Source: Adineta vaga | Lineage: Eukaryota > Animalia > Rotifera | Direction: 5' to 3' | DNA length: 64,000 nt | Assembly: GCA_021613535.1 (NCBI GenBank) | Contig: CP075495.1 | Location: 3,968,001 to 4,032,000 of the forward strand | In this document: positions 1-22,151 of the stretch, one piece after another | Numbering within the stretch: position 1 is the stretch's first letter | Layout: each line of letters starts with the position of its first letter | The notes under the pieces: generated by a model | Databases searched by the model: none | What the model was told of the DNA's origin: nothing | What the model saw: only the letters and a program-made list of their open reading frames with translations | Made by a program: the position numbers and the translations under genes

Positions 1-43
1 GTTAAGTAAATAGACAAAATATTGACAGAAAAACTAACTTAAC

Positions 44-1078
44 ATGGGTCTTTTATTTTCAAAAAAAGGTAATTGATTTAAAATATTTATCTACCATAAA
101 ACACGTCCATACACGATTATCATATTTTTGTTGTTTTATCACAGAAAAATTTGATGTTAATGGACAAAGTTATCGTATTTTGGGTATTGTTGGGCAAGGT
201 GGTGAAGCTACTGTTTATAAATGTGAGGATGCGGATGGTCATCTACATGCAGCTAAAGTCTTCTACTTTTCACGATTTCCTTCCTCTCAATTACGCTATC
301 GTATTGATGGATTTCTTAAAGAAGCACGAATCTTAAAATATCTTAGTGGACGTTCTCCACATTTTGTTCAATTGCATGATTATGAATATAAACCTAGTGA
401 AAATGTTGGTTATATGGTTATGGAATTAGGTAGTGGTTGTTTAAGACAATATATGCAAGGACTTCCATTGACCGATCAAACTCGTCAAGTGTATTGGAAA
501 CAAATTGTTGGCATTTTAAGAGCTCTTGAAGATGCACAGATTGGTAAATAAATTAAAATGATCTGTTTTACCTTCGATAAGTAATACTTTGTTTTTACCT
601 CTATTTCAAGTTCATGCTGATATCAAACCTGATAACATCATTCTCGTTAATAATATTCTCAAAATAACTGATCTCGGTCTTGCTTTTGGATTGCCATGGA
701 TGAGACAAGCTACTCGACGACCTACCGTTCGTGGAACAATAGGTAGATCAAATTGAAAAGTTCGATTATACACAGTTCATATATTTATTTATTTTAGATT
801 ACATGGCACCGGAAGTTTTTTCACATCAAACGGGTTTCAAATCGGATGTCTGGTCAGCAGGCGTTATTTTGTATGAAATGACTTATGGTCGTCCTCCATA
901 TTTTGGGCTTTTTGATCGAAATCAAAAAGTCGCTGCTATATCTGCAATGGCGCCTATAACTTTTCCTCCTATATATGATCCTATGCTGTTTGATTGTATG
1001 GAACAATGTCTTAGACCTATTCCTTCTCAAAGACCCAGTGCATCTATACTTCAAATGCATCCCTATTCACGTTCATAA
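44..1078 (+). CDS. Ser/Thr protein kinase, Mps1/TTK-like, with N-terminal myristoylation motif (4 exons: 44-68, 145-543, 611-742, 798-1078)
   Basis: Spliced frame reads MGLLFSKKEKFDVNGQSYRILGIVGQGGEATVY...AAK...HADIKPDN...TDLG...GTIDYMAPE...SDVWSAGVILYEMTYGRPP. All introns are GT-AG and phase-consistent. VNG-SY and YEMTYG-PP resemble TTK/Mps1. Confidence 0.88.
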
Positions 1079-1638
1079 TAATAAAAAATGATTTTCTTTT
1101 GTTTTTTTGCAATCTATTTCTTCTTCAATCGAAGAAGGTTTCATTCTGAACATCTATGCGTACGACGATATATACCTATATATATATATTTTTATTTTCA
1201 GTTTTCTGAGATGTCGCTAGAGAACAGTGATCTTCTTCATTGCTTGTGTGTGTGTGTGTGTTTGATCTACTATTTTTTTAGTAGTACGAATTACTATGAA
1301 GCATTTCTTAATTATTTGTTATTCATCTGAAATAAGTTCAATATTGTTCGTGTTCTTAGTAGATTCGTTGTTTCAGTCTACAAATAAAAAGAAATGTTTG
1401 ATATTCTCTTAGGTTTTTTTTTCTTGCAATATGGACGTCGTTTTTTCTCTAACATTCATTCATCCGTGAAATATAAAGGCAAACTTGTGTGTAGTAATAA
1501 TCGCTGTTTCTCCTACTGTACATGAATATTAGATTATTTATCCAATAATTACTTATCAAACAAAATCTTTTAACTTGTAAACAATTGATTTATGTGTTTT
1601 AGATTTATTTATTTTTCCTCATCATAAATATAACATAG

Positions 1639-2643
1639 ATGTCTCAAACAAATACATTTCCTATATTTGGTAATGGTAATTCGTTTCATTCAAATGAAAA
1701 ATCGACTTCAACAAATAAATTCAATCTTCAAACTCTTTTGGATTTTTCAACTTTGTAAATATTAAAACTTTTGTTTTGATTCATTCTATTTACTACGTGT
1801 GTTCTTCTAGACAACCACGAGTCCAATTACATTTGAAAAATGTTTACACATGTTTATTATTTAGCACATTATGTGCAACATTAGGTGTCTATTTTTCTTT
1901 GAATGGATGGTTAAATTATCCTCGTTTGGCTGTTTTTGCGTCGATAATTACAACAATTTGGTTATTTACACTTGATTTCAATGCCCAAACACAAATAAAA
2001 TGTTTTAGTTTAATGTCAGCTACAGCTTTATTTACTGGCATTTATTTAAGTCCATTAATTAATCTAGCTATTAATGTGGATCCTCAAATAATTGTGACAG
2101 CATTTTTATTAACGACAATTATATTTGTTTGTTTTACACTTAGTGCTTTACTTACACAAAAACGAACATATCTTTATCTTGGAGGCATACTTGGTACTGG
2201 CACAACAATTATGTTTGTACTAAGTTTAATGAATTTATTTGGACGATCACAATTACTTTTCAATGTAAATAGAAACATGAAATAGATATTCTATTTTCTT
2301 ATATTTTATAGGTTAATCTATATCTTGGTTTATTTATTGCATGTGGTTATATTTTGTATGATACTCAATTGATTGTTGCACGAGCTACTCACGGTGATAT
2401 GAATTATGTCAAGTAAGTGAGCGTGGGAGATTAAGAACAAAATTTCAGAGATAAACTAAACTTTAATGTGTCTTTTTTTAGACATGCCATTCTTTTATTT
2501 ATTGATTTAGTCGATTTATTTGTTCGTATTTCGATTATTTTACTTAAAAATGTAAGGAAAAGAAAGTTTTCTTTTAGTTTTATCAAAATACTTATTTTTC
2601 ATTTTAGTCACAGAACAAAAATAAGAAGAACAATAATCGTTAA
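1639..2643 (+). CDS. TMBIM6: Bax inhibitor-1 (TMBIM6-like), 5 exons
   Basis: Motifs HLKNVY, DPQIIVTAF, YLYLGG, YDTQLIV and HAILLFIDLVDLFVRI, with a basic C-terminal tail. Introns at 1755-1810, 2265-2311, 2413-2481 and 2552-2607. Confidence 0.92.
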
Positions 2644-4036
2644 AAACTATTAACCAAATACAAACATTTATTACTTTTGCGTTTTTTTTTCTCTTCAATG
2701 TTGTACTGTGCTTTCTCATTTGTGAATCGTAATTTTCTTTTTCTATCTAACCATATTCTGCTTGCAATTTATATATGTGCATTCCTTCGATTGAAGAAAA
2801 GATAAATCTTCTATGTTTTCTAAGATTGATTTATTAGATATTTAAATGATGAAATGTCCAAATGACAAGCTTTCGTTTCTGTCATCATTAAATGCTCTAG
2901 AGAGAAGATGATTTGTACAATTGCACTATTTACCTAACATCATCGTTTTGTAAAGAATCGAATTCAATTGACGTCGTTCTTCCCTTCTCATGAGACATAT
3001 GTAATCATATTGAAAAGACCTATCACATTAATCAATCTGTTAATGGATGTAAAGAACAATAATTGAAGGTAAGAAAGCCACTAGTGATTGATGAACCGTG
3101 TTTTCAAATATAAGAAAGCGAATCAAAAGTAAGCATATAAGATAAAAATCGTTGTTGATGACTTTCTTATCAGAATGGTTTGTCTTCATTTCTCTAATAA
3201 GACATTAAGAATAACACAAAGAACAGCTGTTCATCATTTTTCTCTCTTCTCAAGCAAAAAGAAAAATTGTTACCCACATCTATTAATTCATTCGGATATA
3301 AAATATCATTTCAAGAAAATATTTGATTTTCACAGAAAGATTAGATTTACTTGTAAATATTTACGTAAATTAAATTCTTTTATTCATGATTTGAATATAG
3401 AAACAAAAGTGGAACATCTTTAGCTGTCCTTTTTCTACAACATACAATCGACAAATAAATTGAATTATCCCAACCGGAAATCGATCATATTATTCATCGA
3501 GAAAAAATAAAGTAAGCTTTTCTTTCCTTTTCTTTTCTCTTCTCTACTCAATCATTGAAAATACAATAAAACGCGAGAAAAACATAGTTACACGTCTAAT
3601 ATCATAACCACAGGGCTTGTTGCAGCCTGTTACCAATAGTAAAACAGATAGGACAAGAGAAAAAAAGAAGGCAAGTCAAAGAGAAAAAAAACCCGCGAAC
3701 AAGACTATATACATGCCTGCGTTCTATCAAAATTTCATCTCAACTGACTCGAAATATATGCACATCAATTAATATTAACAGTTGTCTTCTCTCATTTTTC
3801 ATCTTTACAAAACATTTTCTTCTCTTCAATCTATATTGTTGTATGAATAAATACGCAGTTTTTTTTTCTAGTCAAGCATCACCATTTCGATCTATTTAGT
3901 TTATTTTTTCTTTGCTCTTTTCTAGATTCATATTAGATATTTTTATTCTTTGTCGTCAACCTGCAGGTGTGCACTCCTGTTTGTAAGACTTGAAATCAAC
4001 GTTATTACAGTCTCATTTGCAAAGATTGTCTCTAAC

Positions 4037-12314
<8,278 letters not shown>

Positions 12315-14130
12315 AAATGTTTGGTGCAACATATTCACTACTTTCGTTTTTCTTTTATATTAGCTCTTTTTGATCTCTTTCTCTCTTTCTCTCTCTCTGT
12401 CTGTCTCTTGATATTCACCGCATTGTTTACAATCTCTGTGCGCTTTCAAAATCAGCGAAAAAACAAAATCATATAAAAATAAACACGAAATTTTCTGTTT
12501 TTTTCTTCTTTTCTTCTCCTCTCTCTCTCTTTTTCTATTTTGTATTCTTCCAACGTGTGACCTGTTTATGTTATTATCTTCTTGTTTTTATGCATCTAGA
12601 TATACATATATATATATATGTATATGACTTTATTTGAAGTGACATTTATACTGAAAAATTCTCTTCAGTTTATTTGTTAATAAATAAATAAATATACATA
12701 TATATACATAATATAAAATTCTAATTAACAAAAATGTTTAGAAGAGACTATTTTAGGATGTATCTTAAAATAAGACTATAAGCTATACTCTCGTCTTCAA
12801 TGAAATCTTCAAAAATAAAAACAAGCTCATTCAATTCCTGATTATGTTCTCTGTTTTAAAACGGCACAGATGATTCAATACTTAAAAGCTATGGAATGAT
12901 CTTTATGTAATATCTTATTTCAACGATGAACGTCACAGCAATATATGGATACAATTAGTTACATGACGAATGGAACATTTAATCTTAGTTACTTTTTTAT
13001 CCATTCGTAATGTTCAATGGTATTTAGATTGTTATGTTTATCTTTCCTTCTGCTAAATCTTTGTTTGGAAAAAGATTCTTTGATATTATTGATTGATTGA
13101 GTTATCAATCGTATACAAAGTAATTACTAGAAAAACTACTTCTTTACCTTGAAATATTTCATCTACGTTTTCATAAGGCCTCTTATGAATGATCATAAAA
13201 GTTAGAAATGAAAATTTGATCAAATGCGTTCGTTTTCTATAAATGTAATACAAAACTTCCACTAGAAATCACAAATTATAATGACATTTGAGTTGTATTG
13301 AAATATAATTTCAAGTGTATTCAAATCCAAAACTATACGCACATCATTTCAAATTGCAATAATTAAAATAAATCAAATGCATTTTTTTTGTCTAATTGTC
13401 ATTTCTTATTACTAATCATCCGTGGATATACTTTATACGAAAGATTATTTTGTTTTGTTTTCTTACAATACTTCTTGAACTTTTCCCGTGAAACCATTCA
13501 ATTTCCATGATATTATATCAAATATCTAATAAAAATAATTCGCCCTCAAGTTAATACTCAGAACTGCCAATGATAAAAAAGGAATGTACTACTAATTTTA
13601 AACATTATTCCATTAGACACAGCTACCTATAGCAATATTCGTAGACATTACTTTCATTTGCATCAGTATATTTCTAGTCCAAAACAATGGCGCAGTTATT
13701 ATCGAAGAAGAGTTTCATACTGAAATAGTCGAGATCATACAAAATGCATTTATCAAAGTAAATTACAAGCACACATAATTAAATTGTTTCTAAATCATTA
13801 TAGTACATGTAATTAATGTCAGGAACAAATTGCATGTTTGTTCATTTATGTATGATTTATTTTAAAAATTTATTAAATATCAATAGATGTTTCACTATTG
13901 AATGGTACATTAATTTGTCTGATTCTATTTTCACTTGTTTAAACATTAATAATAATGATTATGAATTTTTAAATGCATATTTCTGGTAGGTGGTATGATT
14001 TCACTGTCGAAAGAAATCTCTTTTTCTTCCATCATACTTCTTATATATATATATATATATATGTATGTATATAAGAAGATTAAAAAGTAAAAGGATTCTA
14101 TGAAAATAAAAGTGCTCAATTTCTGACAAG

Positions 14131-15042
14131 ATGAATTCAACAACAAATATTTCAACAGCTGATTCATATCTCAATTATTACATTGTTTGTTCTCTATCAG
14201 CTAGCTTTGGTCTTATATCAGTTATTCTATCTATATTCATTGTAATCATAGTCAAAATTAGTAAACCTCGTTTACATACAGTTCGGCATTTACTTATGTG
14301 TAATACATGTATCTCATCAGTAATTTATTGTACGATGCAAACAATAAATTATGCATTTCTTATATTTTTACCATGGATAACAAGTGATTTAGCGTGCAAA
14401 TGGCGTGGCTATCTTGCTTATGTCTCAGTCTCAGCTGCGACATATTCTTATCTTGTTCAAGCCATATCACGTCTTTTCTTTTCAATCTATGCAATAAAAT
14501 ATCCATGGTTAACAACATTTAATGCACATTATGTTCTTATACTTGTTCATTGGTTTACTGTATTTACTATACCACTATCTGCATTAATTACAAATGATAT
14601 CTATTTTCGCCCCGGTCTACTATGTTGGGTACCTGCTAGACGTACAATTCATATGATGTATACTGGTGTTGCCTTTTATATTCTGCCAGTTGCTACGATT
14701 CTGATTATTTATGTTGTCATTTATCGAAAACTTCGACAGAGTAAAAGAGCAGCAACAACATTGAATAATACAATGAGTGATAAACGTGATCTTGAAGTTC
14801 TTCGAAATATAGTTATTCTTCTTTGTATTTATATTGCTGGTGGAATTCCAACTATAATATTTATGGTAACGAACGATGATCTATTTTACTTTACTGGTAT
14901 TGTTACATTTACATTAACAGTAGTAATTGAAAAAATTTGTACAATTTTATTGGATCGAGAACTTCGACAAGTAGTAAAAGGTATGATAAGATCAAACGAT
15001 CGTGTAATGCCTTTCGAAAATACAATGACCCAAAGAATCTAA
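14131..15042 (+). CDS. Orphan rhodopsin-like 7TM receptor, copy 1 (intronless)
   Basis: 303 aa with seven hydrophobic segments, Cys at the TM3 start (CKWRGY) and in ECL2 (LCWVP). Paralogous to the next two ORFs. Confidence 0.8.
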   Translation: MNSTTNISTADSYLNYYIVCSLSASFGLISVILSIFIVIIVKISKPRLHTVRHLLMCNTCISSVIYCTMQTINYAFLIFLPWITSDLACKWRGYLAYVSVSAATYSYLVQAISRLFFSIYAIKYPWLTTFNAHYVLILVHWFTVFTIPLSALITNDIYFRPGLLCWVPARRTIHMMYTGVAFYILPVATILIIYVVIYRKLRQSKRAATTLNNTMSDKRDLEVLRNIVILLCIYIAGGIPTIIFMVTNDDLFYFTGIVTFTLTVVIEKICTILLDRELRQVVKGMIRSNDRVMPFENTMTQRI

Positions 15043-16289
15043 ATAGAACAATCTTTTCTCAATGAATTTATCTATTATTGAATTGAAAAATAAAATAAAG
15101 TATTTATTAATTCTAGAGAACATTTTTAGATCGAATGTTTTGCTTTGTTTATATAATCGATCATAATTGCAATTGTGTACTTAAAGTTTATACTAAAATT
15201 CTTTTTTCTACAATTGAATAGTTTCGACGAGGTATCGAGACATAACTAAGAATGTTTTCATCTGTTCAATTTCCGTTCTTGATGATTTTGACACACAAAG
15301 ACTAATTATCACTAACATTCAAGTTAATCTTCAAGCTTTAAAATAAGTCCTGTCAATTTATTTCGCACGCCATTAACTTTCTTGTCTTCTAATACTGTTT
15401 TTCTGCAGTTTGATTAAAAATGAAATGATAGGATCTTTTCATTTGTGGGAACATCCAATTTTGATGAAGGTATGCATTTCTATCCTATCTTCTTTTAAAC
15501 ATTTAAAATAAAAACAAAATCATATTATCCAAGTATAAAGTATATAGAAAGTCTGAATTCAAAATGAGATTAAATAAATTAATCATGAATTATAAAGCAG
15601 AAGATTGAAAAGAACGTCAAAAAAACGGTCAGTGTTTGAAACATAACAGGAATTCTTTTCAATTGCTTTATTAATAAGCAAAATCAATTGAAAAACAAGA
15701 AAAAGAAACATGTATTGGAATGTTTTCAACATCTGCAGTTTCCTTCCTCAATCAAATCGATAATTAACAGGTGTTTTGTCTAAGAAAATCATCAGACATA
15801 AATAACATATAACATCATACTCCGCTATTCTTTTCTTTTCTTTTCATTTCCTAAGAAGAGAAAAGCGTAGGTAAATGTTGAATTAGATCTAATTACATCT
15901 TTGAGAGTTCTTTTTTTTATTGATTATTCATGCATTCTTTTTCACTTCTTTCTATGAAGAGAATCTTTAAATTATACTAGTTATATTGAGGTATAAACAA
16001 ATTATTTACTTCGTTAGCATAATCCTATTCGTTCGAGTAATAATTATCAAGTCTGAGAAGAAAGAGATCATCATATTTTTTTAGTACGAAAAGCTTCTCG
16101 TTTCCGCTTCATAGAATATTCTTTACATTTCTTTCTTGTATGAATATAGTTCGAGAGAACTTATTCAACATTTTACTGAAAGATCAGCTCTTCTTTTATG
16201 AAAGTTATTAAGTCTCAGTTCATTGTCTCTTTTCTTCTATTCATTTAGACTTTTACTTCTTTTCAGTGCATCATATTTCCCTTCAGCAA

Positions 16290-17257
16290 ATGAGTACAAC
16301 AGAATCAACACCAAATTATATCAAAGATTACTATATCGTCTGCTCAATATCAGGTTTTTTTGCTTTAATAGCTGTATTTCTTTCTTGTATGATATTAGTT
16401 GTAACATGGCGAACAAAACCTCGTCTTCATACAGTTCGACATGTACTAATGTGTAATACATGTATTGCATCAATATGCTATTGTATTGTACAAATTATTA
16501 ATTATTATTATTTGATTTTTTTACCTGATCGTACGGATGATGTTGGTTGTCGTTGGCGTGGATATTTTTCCTATGTAACTATATCTGCTGTTACTTATTC
16601 ATTTTTTATTCAAGCTGTATCTCGTTTATTTATTGCTATTTTTTCAACAAAATATAAATGGTTAACAACATTTAAAGTACATTTCATTTTGATTGGTATT
16701 CAATGGCCTATTGCAATTATTTTTCCTTTACCAGCAATCATAACAGTAGATATTTATTTTCGTCCACGTGCTCTTTGTTGGGTACCATTAAGAAGTTTAC
16801 TTCATGTTATTTATACATTTGTTATGTATTACATTGCGCCGACATTATTGATATGTATTATTTATCTTTATATATTTTTTCGAGTGAAAAAATAGCTAAT
16901 CGTTCGGAAATGTTGATTGGAACAAGAAATAATGAAAAACGAAATCTTGAACTTCTTCGAAATATTTTAATTCTTTTGTTTATCTATTTAGCTGGAGGAA
17001 TACCAACATTTCTATTTATTGTCACATCTAATCGAATACTTTATTTAATTGGTATTGTAACAATATCATTAACTGTAGCAATTGAAAAACTTTGTACGAT
17101 CATTTTGGATCGAGAACTTCGACAAGTGATTAGAAGATTCTTTTGTCGTGATAGTCAAATTGTACCTATGCGCAATACATACGTTGTTGAACAAATAGAA
17201 AATTATCCACGTTTTCAACGAACTACTGCAAAAATAAAACAAACAACATTTCAGTAA
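16290..17257 (+). pseudogene. Orphan 7TM receptor, copy 2, with a 1-nt frameshift in an A-run at ~16887-16892 (pseudogene or sequencing error)
   Basis: Two overlapping ORFs (16266-16895, 16703-17257). Adding one A gives RVKKIANRSEMLIGTRNNEKRNLELL, collinear without gaps with copy 3 RVKRVTNRPCISVRPNNREKRDLELL. Confidence 0.75.
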
Positions 17258-18317
17258 TAAAACAATGAAAAATAAATTCTTTTTTGTTGTTGTATTGTAT
17301 GTATTGATCTTTGCTTTTTTGTTTTTATCCAATAAAAATTTGTTGTTTAATCAAACAAAAGTGACTCGTCTTTAGCTACTGAAAACCTTACAGCTCTGTG
17401 TAGATTTTCTCTAAATATTAATACACTTTCTCATTTGAACAGTCATCTTTATCAATATGACAAAATCGAACTCTATGATTTTTACCAATGGTTAACTACT
17501 GATGTTTCTTAGAAACTGAATGGTATTTGAAAAACAATTTATATCGTATATCTTTTAGTTTTCATTCAACAGACTTTATTACCTGTCATTAACCCTGAAT
17601 GCATTGAACTTTGCCAAATAACGGTCATACTTCACGATTGGTTCTATTTTATACTTAAAAATATTCTAATATTTTATTCCTATAATATGTGTCTTTGTAT
17701 CTGCTGTTTTGACGACTAAACGTTGATTGATGATACAGCAGCTTCACTCTATTTAGTACCGTCCTGTGAAAACAGGTATTGATTTGACATAAGGGAAATA
17801 AACACACACCTCTTTTAGCTTAATTTTTATCTTCATGCAAATAAATTTCTTGCGACTAAAATGTTCGCAAAAGAAAATTAGAAGAATTAATTTCTTAGAC
17901 ATCGGCAAACTTGAAAAATAAAGAGATACTTCCGAATTTACACATAGACTTCATTAATTAAAAGACTACATTCTTCAAAAAGTGGAGAACTTAGCCTGGG
18001 TTTTTCGTGCTAACAATCAACTTTATATCTTGATAAAAATGACAGAAGTTTTTGAAATGTAACACTAAATTTATCTTGGTACTTTTATTCATTTTCTAAA
18101 TTAATACTACTCTTTATACCTAAATAGGTAAGAAATTATATAAATCGGTTCATTAAATCTCTATACAAACATATATTTCTCGTGAATTCAACAATGATTT
18201 TCTTAAATCGACAGATTTTCTGCTACAATGAATCTTTTGATCTATATTTTATCTTTTCTATAATCTGAGAGACAATATATAAAAATACAATGCTAAAGAT
18301 GTTGCCATTATTTCAAG

Positions 18318-19310
18318 ATGAGTGTAAACCTAACATCACTGGAATCTTCTATTGTTATCACTGATTATTATACTGTTTGCTCACTGTCGGCTATCGCATC
18401 CATCATTGTTATCTTAATATCACTTTTCACATTAGTTTTGGTTTGGCGAACGAAACTTCGTCTTCATACCGTGAGACATTTACTAATGTGTAATACATCT
18501 ATTGCATCCATTTTATATTGCATTGTTCAATCAGTCAATTACACTTTTCTCATCTTTCTACGATCACAAACAAGTGATCAGACATGTCGATGGCGTGGCT
18601 ACTTTGCTTATCTTAGTATTTCAGCTATTTCTTATTCGTATTTAATTCAAGCCATCTCTCGTTTTTTCACATCTGTTCTTTCACATCGATATCGATGGTT
18701 GACAACATTCAAAACACACTATATCCTCATCCTTGTTCAATGGCTCATTGTCATCATCATTCCATTACCTGCAATACTAACAAAGGATATTTACTATCGT
18801 CCAACATCACTTTGTTGGGTACCATTGAAGCATTTGATCCATGTGATATACAGTTTCTTTGCTTACTACATATTTCCAACATTATCAATTTGTATGATCT
18901 ATGTTTTTATTTATTATCGAGTAAAACGAGTAACCAATCGTCCGTGTATATCTGTCCGACCTAACAATAGAGAAAAGCGTGATCTTGAATTACTTCGTAA
19001 TATCCTCATTCTTTTGTTTGTTTATTCAATAGGTGGAACACCGAGTATTTTATTTTTAATTACAGCTAATAAGCCGATCTATTTATTGAGTATTGTAAGT
19101 ATGTCATTAACGGTGGCAGTTGAAAAAATATTCACCACCATCCTGGATCGTGATATACGTCAGGTTATTATAAAATTATTATCTTCAACAACACGTGTTA
19201 AACCTTTCGAACGATTACGAAAGAAAGAAACTGGTTTTCGAGCTACAAATCATTTCGAATTACAACCCTGTCCTAACAAATATTTAGAAAATGTGCAAAG
19301 AACTAACTAA
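18318..19310 (+). CDS. Orphan rhodopsin-like 7TM receptor, copy 3 (intronless)
   Basis: 330 aa, sharing RLHTVRHLLMCNT, CRWRGY, QAISR, LCWVP and EK..T..LDR motifs with copies 1 and 2. Confidence 0.8.
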   Translation: MSVNLTSLESSIVITDYYTVCSLSAIASIIVILISLFTLVLVWRTKLRLHTVRHLLMCNTSIASILYCIVQSVNYTFLIFLRSQTSDQTCRWRGYFAYLSISAISYSYLIQAISRFFTSVLSHRYRWLTTFKTHYILILVQWLIVIIIPLPAILTKDIYYRPTSLCWVPLKHLIHVIYSFFAYYIFPTLSICMIYVFIYYRVKRVTNRPCISVRPNNREKRDLELLRNILILLFVYSIGGTPSILFLITANKPIYLLSIVSMSLTVAVEKIFTTILDRDIRQVIIKLLSSTTRVKPFERLRKKETGFRATNHFELQPCPNKYLENVQRTN

Positions 19311-20686
19311 TATCATATAAAAATATATTGTTGTTGTCAATTTTGTATTCATACATGTACAAATTAAATAAACAATTTGATAAAAACAATCGGCCCGATT
19401 TATACATTCCCGTTTTACATTCTTATAATTTGATTATGTACTAAATTCTCTTGTATCGTCTTATCAATAAAGTTTCTCTCAGATTTCCTTAATATTGAAG
19501 ATAATATCTTTTTTTCTCGCATAAGACATAATCATATACCTAAATAAATGAGAATTTTTATAGTAAGGTCTAAAATCATGAAATTCTGGAATGTCCTATG
19601 AATATGAAATATACTCGTGTTGTTTGAAATTTTTCAATCTACTAGCTAATAAAATGTATCCTTGTTGTTGTGTGTTTTTGGTTAGATCAGAGAAAACTGT
19701 CTGAAAATCTTGTTATACTAGGTCGAATCGATTATTTTGTTTTCTTGATTGACCTAAAACATATCGACATAGAATAGATTGAAAAATACTATCATTCTAA
19801 GGTTATATTGTTTGCTAAAGTTCACTATATATCCATTAAGCTGCATAGATTCTTTCTTTCTGTCTATTTTTCCCAGAATAGGAACTAGAACTGGACATAT
19901 TTTTCTCTTTTTTTCTCCTGTATAAGATATTTATGTATTTCGTTCTGCAAGAGAGCCGATATCATCGCGTATACATGGTATCCAAGGTTGTCGAAGGCGC
20001 AGTATATCTTCGTCGTCTCTAAAAGAGCAAGAAACAGCAGTAATAGCAACAATATATTACCAAGGCTTTTTTGTTTTTGCACTGAAGTTGACAATAATAA
20101 CAACAACAACAACAATATCAAGAATAGAACTATATCAAAAAGAAAATGATAGAAGGAAAAAATAGATGAAACTGAATATGAATGTTCATATCTATCTTTT
20201 CAAATATGAAAAATAGTTTTGGTTTTTATCAACTATCCGATCGTTGAAATTCTTCAAATAAAAAGAAGAAACAAAGCATTCAGCTAAAAAATCATTTTCT
20301 CAGAATATTATCTAATATCTCATATATTTCTTTTTCTTCTTTTACTTTCCTTTCGGTATTGATTATTTCTATCCTATCGTTAAAGATGATTACCATCAAC
20401 CGGTTAGTACCATTACCGCAAAAGGAAAAAAGATTGTTCGAGAAGAAATAACCAACGATTGGATAACATCTCGACAGAAATAACTTCTTCTTTTCTGTTA
20501 GGAAAAGCAAAACGGATTGATATCTTGTGCTCCTCTTCGTAGATATTTTCCTATATCTCTGTCTCTGTCTCTCTCTCTCTTCTGTTCTTGCTACTACTAC
20601 TTACCACACTACTGTCGTCGACATCGTCGTTCTTTTTTACATCTTAACATCTCCCAGACACATTAAGAACAACAAAAGCTATAGCA

Positions 20687-21234
20687 ATGGCCGATTTACC
20701 CAGTGATAAAGTTGATGAAGCTAAACAAGTCTTCGATGTCTTCGATAAAAAATATGAAGTAAGTTTGAATTTGATATTCTATTCCATTTATCCATCATAA
20801 TCTTTATCGAAAAAATTAAATAGGGAAAAGTCGATTCATTCTATATTGGAGATATGCTTCGTTCACTTGGCCTCTATCCAACACAAGCTGAATGTGAAAA
20901 ACGTGGTCAAACAAAAAAAACTGGAGAAAAAAGCCTTAAAGTAGAAGAATTTCTTCCAATTGTCTCAGAATTTTATAAAATGCCAGCAAAAAATTTTGGC
21001 ACTTATGAAGATTTTATGGAAGGTTTAAAATTATTCGATAAGGAAAGTAATGGTTTAATGTCATTAGCTGAACTCACTCAAGTCCTTGTTGCTATGGCTG
21101 AAAAACTTGAACCACGTGTTGTAGAAGAAATTCTTCGTTCAACTAATACAAAAGATGATGCCGAAGGCATGTTCAATTACGATGTTTTCGTTCGTGCTCT
21201 TCTTCAAGGACCATTTCCAAATGAATCAACTTAA
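20687..21234 (+). CDS. Myosin essential (alkali) light chain, 2 exons (20687-20758, 20824-21234)
   Basis: MADLPSDKVDEAKQVFDVFD...IGDMLRSLGLYPTQAE...EEFLPI...GTYEDFMEGLKLFDKESNG...EL..VL..M.EKL, the EF-hand ELC pattern. Confidence 0.92.
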
Positions 21235-22151
21235 ATTTTCACTAGAAAAATTATATTGGAAATTTGAAATAAAAAAACAAAAAAAAACACAACAAACAAT
21301 AGAAAAAATCAAATTTGTCTGTCACTTGTCTCGTTTTGCCTGGCCTTTTTCTTTTCTATCTATGTTTATTCTTTATCATCATATCTCTTCCCTCTTTTTT
21401 TTCTTCTTTCTTTTTATACACAATATTCAAAAAATGCCTTCTATTCAATACAATGCACAGCAACAAGCCGAGAATTATCAACGATTAACAACTATTCATT
21501 TCCTCTTTCATTCATCTGTGCGTGTATTTTATATATTTTTTCTTCTGTATTGAATTTCTTTTGCTGTTGCCATTGTTAATCGTTACGAATATATATTAGT
21601 ATAAGGCTAAACAACAATCAGTTTTTATATTAGGAACAAACATAAAAATATATGTATCCCCAGTTTGTTTTATCCAACAAAAAGACAAATACATACATTT
21701 CTACGATACAGATATAGATCAAAAGTTCTTTCTTCTCTCTTTTTTATTATATCTATGCAGATGAAATAGAAATATGCTTGCGGATCATTTAACGAAAGAA
21801 TAATTAAAATATGTCTGTAAAAACAACATATTCCTCTTGTGATAATTGCCCCTCTAGGAAAATCATGTGTGAGATCATATAGAACACAAACGAGAAATTT
21901 CTCAATATGAATTGACTTTTTTATATTACGTCAACAAACGTTGAAAAGTTTGGTGAGTTTTCTTCTTAAAATAAAATTTTCATGTATTTCTTTTAATTTT
22001 ATTTAATCAGAGAAAAAAAATAGTACGAGTTATAATCAACATTTTTTGTTGAGGGCATATAAAAAATGTATCATGAAAGTGAAAAAAAAATTCAATAAAG
22101 ATAACTTTTCTTGTTATATTATGTATGAAACTCACTCAATTATGATATTCA

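Noticed and set aside
16880-16900. Possible programmed ribosomal frameshift at GTG AAA AAA TAG in 7TM copy 2
   Set aside because: Paralogs are uninterrupted and no stimulatory structure is evident, so a homopolymer indel is simpler.
17589-17610. TTAACCCT resembling a piggyBac-type end
   Set aside because: No matching opposite terminus or transposase remnant was found.
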